Source of the DNA: the human T2T-CHM13v2.0 reference genome, Homo sapiens
Reading direction: 5' to 3' (one strand)
NCBI RefSeq assembly: GCF_009914755.1
Contig: NC_060926.1
DNA: 64,000 bases
Below, piece by piece: positions 43,047 to 56,960 of this stretch. Position numbers and translations under genes: made by a program. Position 1 is the stretch's first letter, and each line of letters begins with the position of its first letter. Below the pieces are notes generated by a model. That model saw only the letters and a program-made list of their open reading frames with translations, had not been told where the DNA came from and did not search any database.

Positions 43047-45004
43047 TCATTCCAGTCACACGTAGAAATGATCAAGTACCTGATTCTTCTTGGTTGCTGA
43101 GTGTGAACCAGCTGGGGACCTTGATTTCAACACGTTGCTTTTATAAAAGTGCTTATTTTGATTGGTTTAAATATTGACTTTTAGAGTTCATGACCTTCAT
43201 TCAGTTTTATTAGCAAGCATTTTTTGTTACTCTTTCTAGCCAATGGATGCCTCTCACCAACAACCAGGAAGGAATTTGCATTGATTCCTTCACATTGTGT
43301 TTTCAAGAACCAGCCCATCAGGACAGCTCTGCATTTATGTGCTTATCATTATGCATGAAGGAAGGGCATGTGCACTAGAAGAAGACCCTTTTGTAGGTGA
43401 GTGAATATTTGAAAAGGTGATATTTATATTGATACTTAGAATCACAAGAACAACATGCTTATTTCGTTAAAGTCATCACGCATTTATTGAAGTCTTCCTA
43501 ATATGGTTATGCTCTACTGCTACTGCATAAGCATGAGTATGTGCTTGTGTGTTCACATGTGGCAAACGGTTATATAAAGAGAGTAACACATTTTCTTTTT
43601 TATTCTTTAGATTACACTGAGTAAGAAATATAATAGGGACATGAATGTGACCCAGGTGTCATACTGAACCCTGGTATTTGAATTATACTGTCTTCAACTA
43701 TTCCACTATTCCTCCAGTTGTCCCCACTATTTTCTTCCTCCCCTGTCAACAAGTAGTCTTTCCTAGGTGGGATTAAGATAATAGAAAATGTTTTATCTTC
43801 TACCACATCCCTTCAACTTGAAGTAATGTTGTCTATGTAAAAAATAATTACATGTATTTTAAAGGCTTAAATAATCTGAAATTTTTAAAAAGCTAAAACA
43901 CTGAATATTTCATGTGATTGCACTTGATCCTAAACTATAATTCTTTCCTTGTTTTGGTAAGACAACATTCCATTGTGAACTCATGTAGCAAGCTTGTCAG
44001 TAAATCATGTGGAGATTTTATGGATTTAACAGACTTCACAGATAAATAGAAAAACAATGGACTGTTTTAGAAATTTAAAGCAAAATGACAATGTGTGTCT
44101 TGCCTAGACTCTATGGATATCAATTGTATTTTTAATTTGTAGTTGTTTTTCCAAATTGGTATAACTTGCTTGAAATATCAAAATTTCTTATTAGTTTATT
44201 CAGATATATATACATATTTTACCTAGAAGACCTTATCATTTAAACTGAGAAAATAAAATGGTAAGCTGTTTTATTCTACAAAGTTTAAACAGAAACAACT
44301 TTATTAGGGTTAATAGCACAATTCTGCTACATTCTGCTATTTTCATCCCAAATCCATCCTCCCATTGGTATTGTTTCAATTACTTCTTCCTTGTGTATAA
44401 AATGTTTAAATTTTTATATAGTAAATTGTGATCATGTTTGAGTACGTCTTTGGTGTTGGCACTGAGCAGAATTGAATATAACAGCTTTTGGTACCAAAAA
44501 AAAAATACATTGTTCTGCTCTTGCAAGGATATTCCTAATTTGGCATTACAAGCTAATGAAGGTCTGTATTGGCAATAAAGAACACATGTTCACTTCAAGA
44601 AGAGCAGGAAGCAACACTGAAAAATTGGGTCATATTTTGACCAACTGCCTTATTCTTTGCTCTGAGTCTTTACAAAGTCTTGGTGTCTGCTTCATCACCA
44701 CCCTCTTCCCTTCACCAAATAACCAAAACTGATAATTTGGAAAGTAACAAGTAAAAGGAAAAATTCTCACTCCACATTGTGCTAGGTTAGTCAGCACATT
44801 GTTGTTGATTGCAAATGACAGAAACCCTAGACTTACCTGGCTTATGAAAAAAGGGAATTTATTGACTCATATCATGAAAAATGTTAAGTATTCAAGAATG
44901 ACCTAGAAATCCTAGGCAGAGCAATCAGGCAATAGAAAGAAATAAAAGGCATCCAGGTGAGAAGAGAGGAAGTCAAACTCTTTCTCTTCACAGATGATAT
45001 AATT

Positions 45005-45050
45005 CTATATCTATATCTATATCTATGTCTATATCTATATCTATATCTAT
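45005..45050. repeat. (CTATAT)n microsatellite inside L1
   Basis: Direct inspection. Confidence 0.9.
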
Positions 45051-46120
45051 AAAACCACATGGTCTCTGCCCAAAGGCTCCTAGAACTGACAAACAACTTC
45101 AGCAATGTTTCAGGACACAAAGTCAGTATACAAAATTCAGTAGCATTTCTATACAGCAGTAATGTCCAAGTTGAGAGCCAAATCAAGAATGTAATCCCAT
45201 TCACAGTAGCCACAAAAAGAATACAATGTCTAGGAATACAGTTAACCAGGGAGGTGAAAGATCTCTACAATGAAAATTACAAAACACTGCTGTAAGAAAT
45301 CAGACACAACGTAAACAAATGGAAAAATGTTCCATGCTCATGGATAGGAAGAATTAATATTGTTTAAATTGTCATACTACCCAAAGCAATGTGCAGATTC
45401 AATGCTGTTTTTATCAAACTACCAACGACATTTTTTACAGAATTAGAAAACATATTCTAAAATTCATATGGAAAAAAAAGCCTGAATAGCCAAGACAATC
45501 CTAAGCAAAAAGAAGAAAGCTGGAGGCACCATACTACCCAACTTCAAACTATGCTACAAGGCTATAGTTACCAAAACAGCATGGCAACAGTACAAAAACA
45601 GACACACAAACAAACCAACTGAACAGGTTAGAGAACCCAGAATGAAAACCACACACATAATGATCTGATCTTTGACAAAGTCAATGATAACAAGCAATGG
45701 GGAAAAAGGCTTCCTATTTAATAAATGGTGCTGGGATAACTGGCTATCAATATGCAAAGGTTAAAGCTGGAACACTTTCTTATACCATATAGATTTAAAT
45801 GTAAAATCAAAAACTTTAAAAACCCTAGAAGAAAACCTAGAAAATGCCACTCCAGACATTGGCCCTGGCAAAGATTTCATGATGAAGACTCTAAAAGCAA
45901 TTGAAACAAAAACAAAAATTGACAAATGGACTCTAATTAAACTAAAGAGCATCTGCACAGCAAAATAAATTATCAAAAGAATAAATAGACAACCTATAGA
46001 ATAGGAGAAAATATTTGTAAGTAATGCATCTGACAAAGGTATAATATTCAGAATATCTATAAGGAGCTTAAATAAGCGAGAAACAACCCCACTTTAAAAA
46101 CATGCAAAAGACATGAGCAG

Positions 46121-46680
46121 ATACCATTTGACCCAGCCATCCCATTACTGGGTATATACCCGAAGGAATATAAATCATGCTGCTATAAAGACACATGCCC
46201 ACGTATGTTTATTGCGGCACTATTCACAATAGCAAAGACTTGGAACCAACCCAAATGTCCAACAATGATAGACTGGATTAAGAAAATATGGCACAAATAC
46301 ACCATGGAATACTATACAGCCATAAAAAAGGATGAGTTCATGTCCTTTGTAGGGACATGGATGAAGCTGGAAACCATCATTCTCAGCAAACTATCGCAAG
46401 GACAAAAAACCAAACACCACATGTTCTCACTCATAGGTGGGAATTGAACAATGAGAACACTTGGACACAGGAAGGGGAACATCACACACCTGGGCCTGTT
46501 GTGGAGTGGGGGGAGGGGGAAGGGATAGCATTAGGAGATATATCTAATGTAAATGACGAGTTAATTGGTGCAGCACACCAACATGGCACATGTATACATA
46601 TGTAACAAACCTGCATGTTGTGCACATGTACCCTAGAACTTAAAGTATAATAAAAAATATATATATATATATATATATAA
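46121..46680 (+). mobile_element. L1PA4/5-like 3' fragment nested in the older L1
   Basis: ORF2 C-terminus (MFIAALFTIAKTWNQPKCP...HMFSLIGGN), 3'UTR, A/(TA)n tail. Confidence 0.93.
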
Positions 46681-48249
46681 AGAGAAGACATACAAGTGGC
46701 CAACTAGCATATGAAAAAATATTAAACATCACTAATCATCAGAGAAATGCAAGTAAAAACCACAATGAGACACCATCTCACATCAGTCAGAAGGGATATT
46801 ATTAAAAAGTCAAAAAATAACAGATGTTGGCAAGGTTGTGGAGAAAAGGTAACACATGCTGCTAGTGGGAGTGGAAATTAGTTCAACCACTGTAGAAAGC
46901 AGTTTTGTGATTTCTCAAATAACTTAAGGCAGAACTACCATTGGATCCTGCAGTCCCATTATTGGGTATATACCCAAAAGAATATGAATCATTCTGCCAA
47001 AAATACACATGCACTTATATGTTTATTGAAATACTATTCACAATAGCAAAGACATGGAATCAACCTAGATGTCCATCAACATTAAACTTGATAAAAAGAT
47101 GTGATATATATACACCATGGAATACTATGCAGCCATAAAAAATAATGAAATCATGTCCTTTGCAGCAAAGTGTATGGAGCTGAAGGCCATTATCCTAAGT
47201 GAACTAATGCAGATACAAGAAACAAAATTCCTACTTGAACGTGGAAGGTGAGGAGAGGGTGAAGATAGAAGCACTCCCTATTGGGTTGGGGACTATACTC
47301 ATTACCTGGGTGACAACGATAATCTGTACACCAAACCGCTGCAACACATAACTTACCCATGTAACAAACCTGCACGTGTATCCCTGAACCTAAAGTACAA
47401 GTTGCGAAAAAAAAGAATGACTCAATCCAGGAGCCCAATAAAGACCTTCTTCCAATCTATGTTGCTCAACTTTCATCAGTGGTGGCTTTATTCTTAGTGT
47501 TCACATGAAGTAAGTTATCTGTCAAGAGTTTTCATGTGCCTGGATCCAAGTCCAGAGATAATTAGAGCATCTGATCCTCGCTCGTCAATCAACCATCTCC
47601 CTGTGTCTCTTTTAGTGGGACTGGGTCATATTCTTAGCCAACTGTGGCCAAAGGGCTGAGTTTCTCTGAATGACCAGGCCAAAGCCACATGGTTTTCCTG
47701 TATCTAGGGTTAAGCCAATCCACAGGACACCCATAGAGAGATGAATTGAGTATGGCTTTCAAAGCCATATGGGGCTATATTCCTCTGAGATGCTGGTGGT
47801 GCTGGTGGGGGAGTAATAAAAAGTTACAAAAGCAGTGGTTGTCTACCACCTAAATTCCTAAGTTCTGTTACCTAGAACAAAAGTAAGCCTCAAGATATAT
47901 TCATCAGGTTTATGAATATCTTACTTTAGTTTGTTTGACTTCTATGATTCATCAAAGTTGTAGTAGAAAATAAACAATTTGTCACCTAGTCTACAAATTA
48001 GAAATGAATACAAATTTTAGAAATACATAAAGTAGTAATTTGGTGAGTTCCTTAGCAATATATGAAGTAGTAATTTGGTTAATTCTTCTTTTCCAGGTGA
48101 TAACTAAAACGTATAATGAAATATATTACAATTATTTTTAATTGCTTCATTTTGAAGACACAACTTTTAATTAACTAATTAATAAAATAATCTTTAGAGA
48201 TTAAACATGCCTATGGCTTAAGGCCATTCTGCCATTGCATTTTCCTTCT

Positions 48250-49470
48250 GTTTGTTCCCTCTGATCTTGGTCTCTGTTGTTTTTTTCCTGCCATTCTGTG
48301 TTTTATTTGCATCTTTTTTTAGAATTGCATTTGGATTTATGTCAACTACCTTTTAGTGTATTTCTTGTGTAAAATTATTAATGGCTCTAGGTATTAAATT
48401 GTGTATATATATATAACTTATTACAGTCTGCTGGCATTGACATTTTATTACTATGAGTCAAGTATAAATGCTTTATCCACCTGTAAGTCCCTTTGTTCTT
48501 TTCCATTTGTAATATTTTTATTTTTTATATTTTCTCTGCATACTTTGGGAACTACATCACACAATGTTATGATTTTTTGCTTCAACTTTCAAACATAATT
48601 TAGAAAACTTAAAAAGAGAAGAATAATCTTTTTACTTACTTTATTCTTTCTTCTTGGCATTCTAAGGTTTCTCCTTTTATCAATTCCCTTCTTCTTTAGA
48701 GAACTTTCTTTAGCCATTCCTTTAAGATAGTTTTGCTGGTGACAAAGTATCTTAGTTTTTTTCATCTGAGAGAGCCTAGATTTTCTCTTCATTTTACGGG
48801 ATGATTTTGCATGATAGGATGATTTTGCATGATTCCAGGTTGACAGTTCTTTTCTTTGATCTCTTAGAAAATATTGCATTGTATCTTCCTAGCATCTGTG
48901 GTTCTTGATGAGAAATCTACTGTCATTCAAATTGTGTTTCTTCTTATAGGTAAGTTTTTTCTCTCTCACTGCATTCAAAATTTTTAAAAAAATTTTTGGA
49001 AGTTTGATTATGATGTGTCTTGACATGAATTTCTTTGGACCTATCCTTTTTGTTATTTTCTCAGCTTCTTGAGTCTATAGATAGATTTCCTGTCCTTCAC
49101 AGCAAGGTGAGGGGGCCATACGTGCCCCATGTCCCATTTCCCACAGCATTCGCCCGGAATGGCGTAGTTATCATCTAAAGGTTTTCTGGGTTTCTTGGCT
49201 GCCACATTCCTTGTCTTGTGGTGAGAGATAACAAGATTCACATGGCATTCTTTAATTGTTATTGTTGGAGGCCATTGGTGCTTTTGGGTTGCTAGCTTTT
49301 CCAAGATCTGGTGTGGGATACGTGAGACTAGGAAGAATTCTATGGAGCTCACCACTTTGCTCCTCCTTGGGCCCCAAGGTTCCTGTCCAGTAGGTCTTCC
49401 TGTCTTCACCTTGCAGAGTCTTCTTAAGTTTGTTTATATATAAAGCCCAGAGTGTTTTAGCCATCATTAA
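48250..49470 (-). mobile_element. Old L1M (L1MC/MD-like) ORF1 and 5' region
   Basis: gatgagaaatctactgtcattcaaattg; gaagtttgattatgatgtgtcttg; 5'-end-like gagctcaccact...ccaaggttcct. Confidence 0.7.
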
Positions 49471-49899
49471 TGAGGGGTACCATTTTCAATATAGAATGTA
49501 AAAATTCAAGTTTTTTTTCTACTGCCTATTTGTAAATATTGGGCAGTAGAGAATGTTCAATTTTATTATTTGAGGGTTAGATGACTTTTAGCTTGAATAT
49601 TCTTGCATCCTGTAAATATACATTTGAAGAAGTGGCAATAATTTATCAGATTTCATTCAACGTGTATGTATTATACTTTTACCATATGCCTAACTTAGAA
49701 GTTTATTTACACTATGGTTTTTCCTTAATAAATTAATCAAGAAATTGTCAGTTGCGTTATTAATTTCTTAGCTTTACTCTAAGGGAAGTATAGGAATATA
49801 CAAATGAATCTCTTGCTTTAAGGAACATCGATGCTAAGTAAAGGAACTCTGGAATAGTATTACACAGCCTTATATGAATTACAAAGTGGGGGCTTTATC

Positions 49900-50110
49900 C
49901 AGGGAAAAGAGCGCATACTTTAGAGCCATTATAATTCAGGCTTAAATCCTGAATAAAACATACATTAGATGAATGGGTTGTGGCAAAGCAATTAGCATCT
50001 GTGTTTCTTTTCCCTTATTTGTAAAAAGGGTTCTCAATGAAAAAATGTAATGTTTATAAAACACCTAACATAGTACATGAAACACAGAGATTTTCAGTGA
50101 ATGGCACCTG
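49900..50110 (+). mobile_element. MIR
   Basis: gtttcttttcccttatttgtaaaaaggg...aaacacctaacatagtacatg. Confidence 0.55.
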
Positions 50111-50749
50111 TCATTATTGATTACATGTGCAATGAGAAGTGTTAGATTTTTGCCATCTCAAAGAAACCCATGGTCTACCTAATGCTTGTCAAAATCAGAA
50201 AATTGTGCTACTACTCAGATAGAATTGGTAAAGCCTGCTAAGACCTCACCGTTGGTATAATGGATGCCAGCACTGGGAGAATGGATTTGGTGTTAGGACC
50301 GGCCAAATTGGCCTAACATCTATCCAAAGATATTAACTAAAAGGCCAACAGGTGGTGGACAACACAGTGCTGAGGTACAGGGAGTGGTTATGATGACAGA
50401 AGCAGGGACATGGTATTTCTGGGTCATTCATGTAACCTGAAGTTATAATTCAATCAAATAGGGGGTTTTGGTCAAAGCATACATTTCCAGGGGTATGTGT
50501 GTGAGAGGGTGTTGTTAGTATGAAGTCAGTGGAATTTCAAGGTCTCCAGTTGACAGGCATTGCTTTCAGGGAAGACTCCTGCCTGACCCAGGAACTAAGG
50601 TGAGCCCAGTCTCAATGGTAGGATCAGTAAACAAAGAATGGGAGAAAAGGCCCAAGATCAATCTATGAGGTCTTCTGGTGAGATGAGATCTTGTTTCTTG
50701 ACCAGAACGGACTCACAAATTGTTTCAGGTGGAATTTGCAAGAGGAATG

Positions 50750-51179
50750 CATGCCAGGGAGTCCACCGGCACAGTGGAAAGAACTCTGGTCTCCCAGAGA
50801 CTCATGCTCCTGTTCTGCCTCTCCCACTGCAGGTCTGGTGACCCTGGGTGGTGCCCCACCTTGATGGGCTTCACAGTGCCACTCTGCAAAATGCGAGTGA
50901 CAGCAATCACCTGTAAGAGTTTTAGTGAGAATAAATGAACAGCACATACAAGACAGGTATGTCAGGTAGGTATACGAAAAGGTCATGTCTTCCCTGCCTT
51001 TGAGTGCCTGTAAGAGAGAGGCACACGGGAGAGCCATCCACGAAGGAGGAAGGGCTGCGTGCCAGGAAACCGGCCTGCTTGCTTCAAGGCAGCAGTGTGC
51101 ACGCATAGCTCTTTGGACCACAAGGCACAGACACTCAAGGTCAATTTTCCCCAAGCTAAGGTCTCCCTGCATGTCTCTG
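50750..51179 (+). repeat. Left arm of a long inverted repeat (MIR ~50770-50950 plus unique sequence)
   Basis: Reverse complement aligns to 54207-54637 at roughly 80% identity by manual alignment. Confidence 0.93.
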
Positions 51180-51994
51180 TAGTAAACAAGACCAGAAAAA
51201 GTCAGGGTTGAAAAATATTTTAGAGTCAGATGTGATTAAATGGGGAAGTGCGTGATGTGACTAGTAAGTGCTAGAGGAGGGTCATGCAAAGGACAGGTTA
51301 GTGTGGACTGATAGAGAAAGAGAAAATGTCAAGGAGAGGGCGAGTGGAGTGGGATCCTGGTGGGCTGTGGATTGTAGACCGGCTTCGAGGTCAGGGCGAG
51401 GTGGGATGTGGCGTGCCAGGATGCTCTCTGAGGACAGTGTGTTCCTGTGGAGAGTGGCTTGCCATTGCAGTGGAGTGCTGCTTTTGTTTTTGTTTTAAAT
51501 TGGCTTTTATTCTGTGTAAATGTTTTATATATGTGAATGTTTGTGGAGGCAGGAAGGGGGAGAGGGACACACAGTTATGTCCTGACTGTAGGAAGCCAGA
51601 GAGACTGACAGAGAGGCAAGGTGAGTAACAAGGGTGGTAAGCAAAGGAAGGGTGGGGATGCAGGTCAGGTTCCTCCGGGGAGTTCAGGGTGTTCTTATGC
51701 CTTAGTCAGGGGTGCTACAGTCAGCTGAATAGGACCCACTCCCCACAAAATCAGGAGCCTGATTAGCAAAGGTGTGGACAGGATCCCATCTTGCTGGGGG
51801 TGTTGGGATCAGGCAGAACCTATGGCACATATGCATGGGAGTTGGGTAGGGAAAACCTGTTCACCCCGTGGCTTTATGTTGGTCACCAGTGTGGAAGGTG
51901 AAGGTTCAGTAGACAAAAAACATAACTGATAAAAAGTTGCTTAATGTGAAAATTAGTTACTAAAGTGACTTAAGTCCTCTCAAAAACAGGTTGA

Positions 51995-52441
<447 letters not shown>

Positions 52442-52545
52442 TTAAGTATGAACAAGTCAAATAACCAGGTTAGAGGGAAAAAAAATGGCACCCACCATGG
52501 GAATGTGGACGAGGTGATGAATTTATTGAAAGTAGCAACATTTAC

Positions 52546-52791
52546 CTTACGGAAAAAAATAAATGCTTGGAATATTTCCTTCATGTAAATTTGGATTGTG
52601 ATGAAAAATTTACGTACGAAATAGGGTGTATTCTCTACTGCATGATGGCTGATGCTCCATGTCCTTACTACAGGTTATGAGATTGTCACATTGATGTGTT
52701 ATCCTGATTCTATTAGATTTGAAGAGCTGTAGGAGTTTGGCGGAAGTATTTTATGGAAATGCATAGGTACCAGTAATCATGAAAAGGGTTA
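52546..52791 (-). other. Candidate non-coding exon (246 nt)
   Basis: Minus-strand acceptor tttttctttgtcattctacag| and donor AAG|gtaaat; stops in all three frames. Confidence 0.3.
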
Positions 52792-54206
52792 CTGTAGAAT
52801 GACAAAGAAAAATTGGGCAGTTTTTTCGGTTGCTTGGTGCAGTCCTCCATACCCTCGGCAGCTGTCGCTAGCGTGGATAGTTTAAGTGTGGGGTTGCTTT
52901 GCTTCCCTTAGAGAACATAAATTATGCCTATATTCCTAATATTAAATGAGTCAATACAAATCCATTAAATGGACTACATCACTCTTGGGTTCCTCAAATA
53001 AGTGACTTTTGGCTGCTATCCACTTTTAGGTGATAGGGCAAATTATGAAGAAACCAGGTTTTTCTCCGGAACCAAAATTTTTTTTAAAAAGTTCAGAAAG
53101 AGACTGAGAAGGATAATTCCAGGTTTTCTTTAGTTCATTGAAATTCACCCCTTTGTTATCACCTTCTGAACATTTGAGTTGGGAAGGGAGATAGGGATGT
53201 GCGACTTCAGATTCAGAGTCAAACCCAAGAGTCAACCGCCTCCCTGAATCCCTACGAAAATGGGTGGTTTCACTCAAAATAAAGGATTTTAGTTTCACTA
53301 ACATAAAGATGAAGGAGGGTACGAAGTTGGGGGTTTTTTGGTACTTAAATTAAGACTTTGTTTATCTTAGATTTATAAATAAGAATAACTTATTTGTCTG
53401 TTCTTCTGTTACACTGAAATTGTGTTGGTTTAGCGAATAGTAACATGATATTCTCTTGCTCAGCTAAATTTATGAGTCTTAATCCTGGCAAAGTTTGATG
53501 GTAAACTGCAGAGTTCAGAAAGATAGTTTTGATATATATACTTTTGTAAATTATGAGAAAAACACAAAGGGTTCTATCTCACGTACCTATATTTTTCTTT
53601 TTATGAGACATTAATTATATGCTAAGTCCACTACTTTTAGGAACTTTCATTTGTAAATTAGAAAACTACAAAAAGACATATTATTCTTTATATGTCCCAA
53701 ATAATCACAGAACTCTATTCACAGGCTTACCTATGAAAGCTTGAAATTTCTGAATCATTTAGGAAGCATTTTCTTTAAGTACTGCGGGGAGAACAAAGCT
53801 TGCTTTAAAGAGAGTCCTTTAAAGAATGGAATGGAATGAGCTTCAGCAGACAATGCTTTGTCTTTTTTATTGACAGCTTTTGGCTACTTTATGTCTTTCT
53901 GTTTGCTCACATCAACCTTGTTATTTTTACATTACAAGAAAGCAAACGGCTGCAAATCTTTCTGCAGACAAGTCAATAGGTTTTGTTCTTTCTGGTTTTA
54001 CCTTCAGAGCCATTCACATGGAGACAGGCTTGTAGCCAAAGGGCCCGGGGTGATTGGTGCGAGGAGGAGTTTCTGGTTGCAACGAACAAGGCTCCCCCTA
54101 CACCAGCATTCTATCTCTCGGCCCCAAGTTCAGCTGCAGCAGATAATTTTACGATTTGTTGCCCCAAACCTCTGGACAAGTTTAAGTTCTGATGGGAAAC
54201 TGCAGC

Positions 54207-54637
54207 CAGAGATGCACAGGGAGAACTTAGCTTGGGGAAAATTGACCTTAAGTGCATGTGCCTGTGCCTGGTGGCCTAGAGAGCTGTTCATGCACACTGC
54301 TGCCTTGGCGAGGGGGGGCTGGTTTCCTGGCACGCAGCCTTTCCTCTTTCGTGGATGGCTCTCCCATGTGCCTTTCTCTTCAGGCACTCGAAGGGAGGGA
54401 AGGACATGATCTTTTTTGCATACCTACCTGACATACCTACTGTGTAGATGCTACCCATTTATTCTCACTAGAACTCTTACTGGAGCTTGCTATCACTTGC
54501 AATTTAGAGAAGCAACCAGAAGCTTATTAAGGTGAGGCACTGCCCAGGGTCATGGGGTCTGCAAAGGGAGAGGCAGGAAAAGAGCATGGGTCTCTGAGAA
54601 ACCAGAGTTCTTTTCACTGTGCCTGAGGACTCCCAGA
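54207..54637 (-). repeat. Right arm of the long inverted repeat
   Basis: Shares exact blocks ttagcttggggaaaattgacctt, ggtttcctggcacgcagcc and atacctacctgacatacct with the reverse complement of 50750-51179. Confidence 0.93.
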
Positions 54638-55195
54638 GATGTTTTTCTTCACCAGAAATATGTTGGTGTCACGAATAGAACAGCCTCCTTTTCCCTCCTC
54701 TTCAGTCCTATGCCTTGCCGTCCTGTCCTCCTTTCACCGTGCATTCCAGCCCCATTTGTCCTGCGCAGTAGCTCCCTCATGGGCAGAAGAATGGCTGTTG
54801 GGATCTTTGCAGGAATGGCTTGTGCTCCTGCCCCTGCCCGTGCAGTGGGACCCAAGAGTATGAGCCAGGGCTGATGCTGGCAGTGCAGGAGGGCACACGC
54901 CAGCCTGGCCCTGCTGCTGCATAGCCTTTCCTGTGACCTTTCTTTCCCTTGTAGCAGGTGAGGAAGGACAGCGAATTGTTGGGGCAGCTCAGACCTGGGC
55001 CGGTGTTCACTGGGGAGGTGAGCAGGCTTTGCTGCCTGTCATAGCTCTGTCCTGTGACAGCTTTTGTGGAGCTCTTCCCTTCCCCAGAAAACCCTTTCTG
55101 CCCCACTGTGTCCCTTCTACTCATTTAGAAGGACATAGCTGTTAACTGCTCCCAGAAGCTGAGTTGGACCTTCCCCGTCACCCCTAGCTGCTTCC

Positions 55196-55875
55196 AATGG
55201 GCTGCTTTGTGTCCCCCAAAATTCCTAGGGTGAAAAATCCTAACCCCCAGCACCTCAGAATGTGACTGCCTTTGGAGATAGAGTCTTTAAAGAGGTGATT
55301 GAGTTAAAATGTTATGAACGTGGGCTCTGATCCAATGAGGGTGACCACAGCTGTCTGCAAGCACGAGAAGAGGCCCAGGAAGAAGCCAAAGCTGCTGACA
55401 CCCTCATCTCAGACCTCTGACCTCCCCCACTGGGAGGGAATTCATTTCCTCTTAAGGCAGCTGTTCAGTGGGACTGGGATCCTCTATTAGTCCATTTTCC
55501 TGCTGCTGATAAAGACATATCCAAGACTGGGTAGTTTGTAAAGAAAAAGAGGTTTAATGGATTCACGTTTCCATATGACTGGGGAGGACTCACAATCATG
55601 GTGGAAGGTGAAAGGCATGTCTCTCATGGTGGCAGGCAACAACAGAATGAGAATCAACTGAAAGAGGTATTTCCTCTGATAAAATTATCATGTCTGGTGA
55701 GACTTACTCATTACCACGAGAACAGTAAGGAGGAAACCGCCTCCATGACTCAATTATCTCCCACTGGGTCCCTCCTACAACACGTGGGAATTATGGGAGC
55801 TACAATTCCAGATGAGATTTGGAGGGGGACACAGCCACACCATATCAGGTACCGTGGCCCTAGCTGACTGGCATG
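55196..55875 (+). mobile_element. MLT1B/C-like LTR interrupted near its end by THE1
   Basis: tgtgtcccccaaaattc...cctcagaatgtgactgcctttggagatagagtctttaaagagg; remnant end ccctagctgact. Confidence 0.8.
55483..55847 (-). mobile_element. THE1B/C-like solo LTR
   Basis: tattagtccattttcctgctgctgataaagacata...acagccacaccatatca. Confidence 0.92.
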
Positions 55876-56539
55876 CTCACAGTCAGAGCTCCCTTCTCCT
55901 AACAATGGAGCAGGTGCTGGGATAGGGTGAGGCTGCATGCCTTGTGAGAATCCACTCTGTCTTACTCCAGTGTGTGTGCTCTTAACTTGGCACCGTATAA
56001 CTTCAGAGAGGAAGCTCAGAAGTGAATGACATTTAAGTAGGATTTTCCTGCTGAATGGCGAACCTGGCCTTTTGGAGGCAGCCGGCTCCACCTCTTCTGT
56101 TCTTGCCTCCAACTCAAGGGCAGGGCTGGTTTCCACAGCATTTTGTTAATCCAAGAGCCTCAGAGGACAACCAGGTCAAAACCAACTTAAGTCTCAAGAC
56201 AGAGTAATCTTCAGAGCTTTCTCTGAATCATCCTTTATTGTCTAGATAATTTCCTGTTTGTAATTACCTGGTATATTTGAAAACTGTTGTAAAAGGATAG
56301 CCATATGCCTGAATCTATCTAAAATAGAAATATAAGATGCATTGGGTGTTGGTTCTAATGCTTCTCTGCAGAGCACCTGGATAGATTTCATCATCTTTAC
56401 CTGATGTTCACGCAGTTCCGGGAAGTTTCTCTTGTTATTTTCATCTTCTGTGAATACAAGTCAAAGATTCCAACATTGCATACATATTTCTTTACATATT
56501 TTGTATGTATGTATGCACATGCATGTAAAGCACATGGTA

Positions 56540-56960
56540 GACTAAATGAATATAATGAAGAGTTATAAACATTCCCATAATTATATACACACTCGTATCA
56601 TAAATCAGATAAAAAGTAGAAAATTATCACAAACCTAGATGTCTCAATTGCAACTCTTCCTCATGAAAAATTAACCTGACTTTTATAATAAATACTTCCT
56701 TGCTTTCAAAAGTAATTTTACTACCCAAGTATGCATTTCTAAAAATATTTTAACTGTCCTCTTTTTCAATCTTCAGATAAATCAAATTGAAAATATACTG
56801 TATATATTCCTTGGTGTCTTGTAGTTATGGTTTAACCTTGTATTTGTGGGATGCTATTGGATTTAGCTGTAGTTAACTCATTTTCACTGTGTTGTATTAG
56901 CCTATTATGAAAGAAAAACAGGATTTTTAACATTGCACTGTTATTCCCAAATATTTACTT
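56540..56960 (-). mobile_element. L1ME-like 3' fragment
   Basis: tatactgtatatattccttggtgtcttg...ctcattttcactgtgttgta. Confidence 0.55.

Larger units (their letters stand above)
44903..47412 (+). mobile_element. L1PA15/16-like 5'-truncated element
   Basis: ORF2 remnants ([19 protein letters not shown]; DPAVPLLGIYPKE); 3' end aatctgtacaccaaacc...cctgaacctaaa; TSD aagaatgac (44894-44902; 47413-47421). Confidence 0.9.
44780..47850 (-). mobile_element. MLT1J/K-like LTR split by the L1PA16 insertion (44780-44902 and 47413-47850)
   Basis: gattgcaaatgacagaaaccc...aagggaatttattgactcat on the left; gggactgggtcatatt...ccaactgtggcca on the right. Confidence 0.65.

Noticed and set aside
44884-45213. ORF with YRYRYR repeat
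   Set aside because: Antisense L1 plus the (CTATAT)n microsatellite.
53858-54409. 183-aa ORF and similar peptides on the minus strand at 50663-51189 (LAWGKLTLS...FPGTQPFL) resembling a paralogous gene pair
   Set aside because: The similarity is just the inverted DNA duplication; non-ATG starts, indels between the arms and no recognisable domain.
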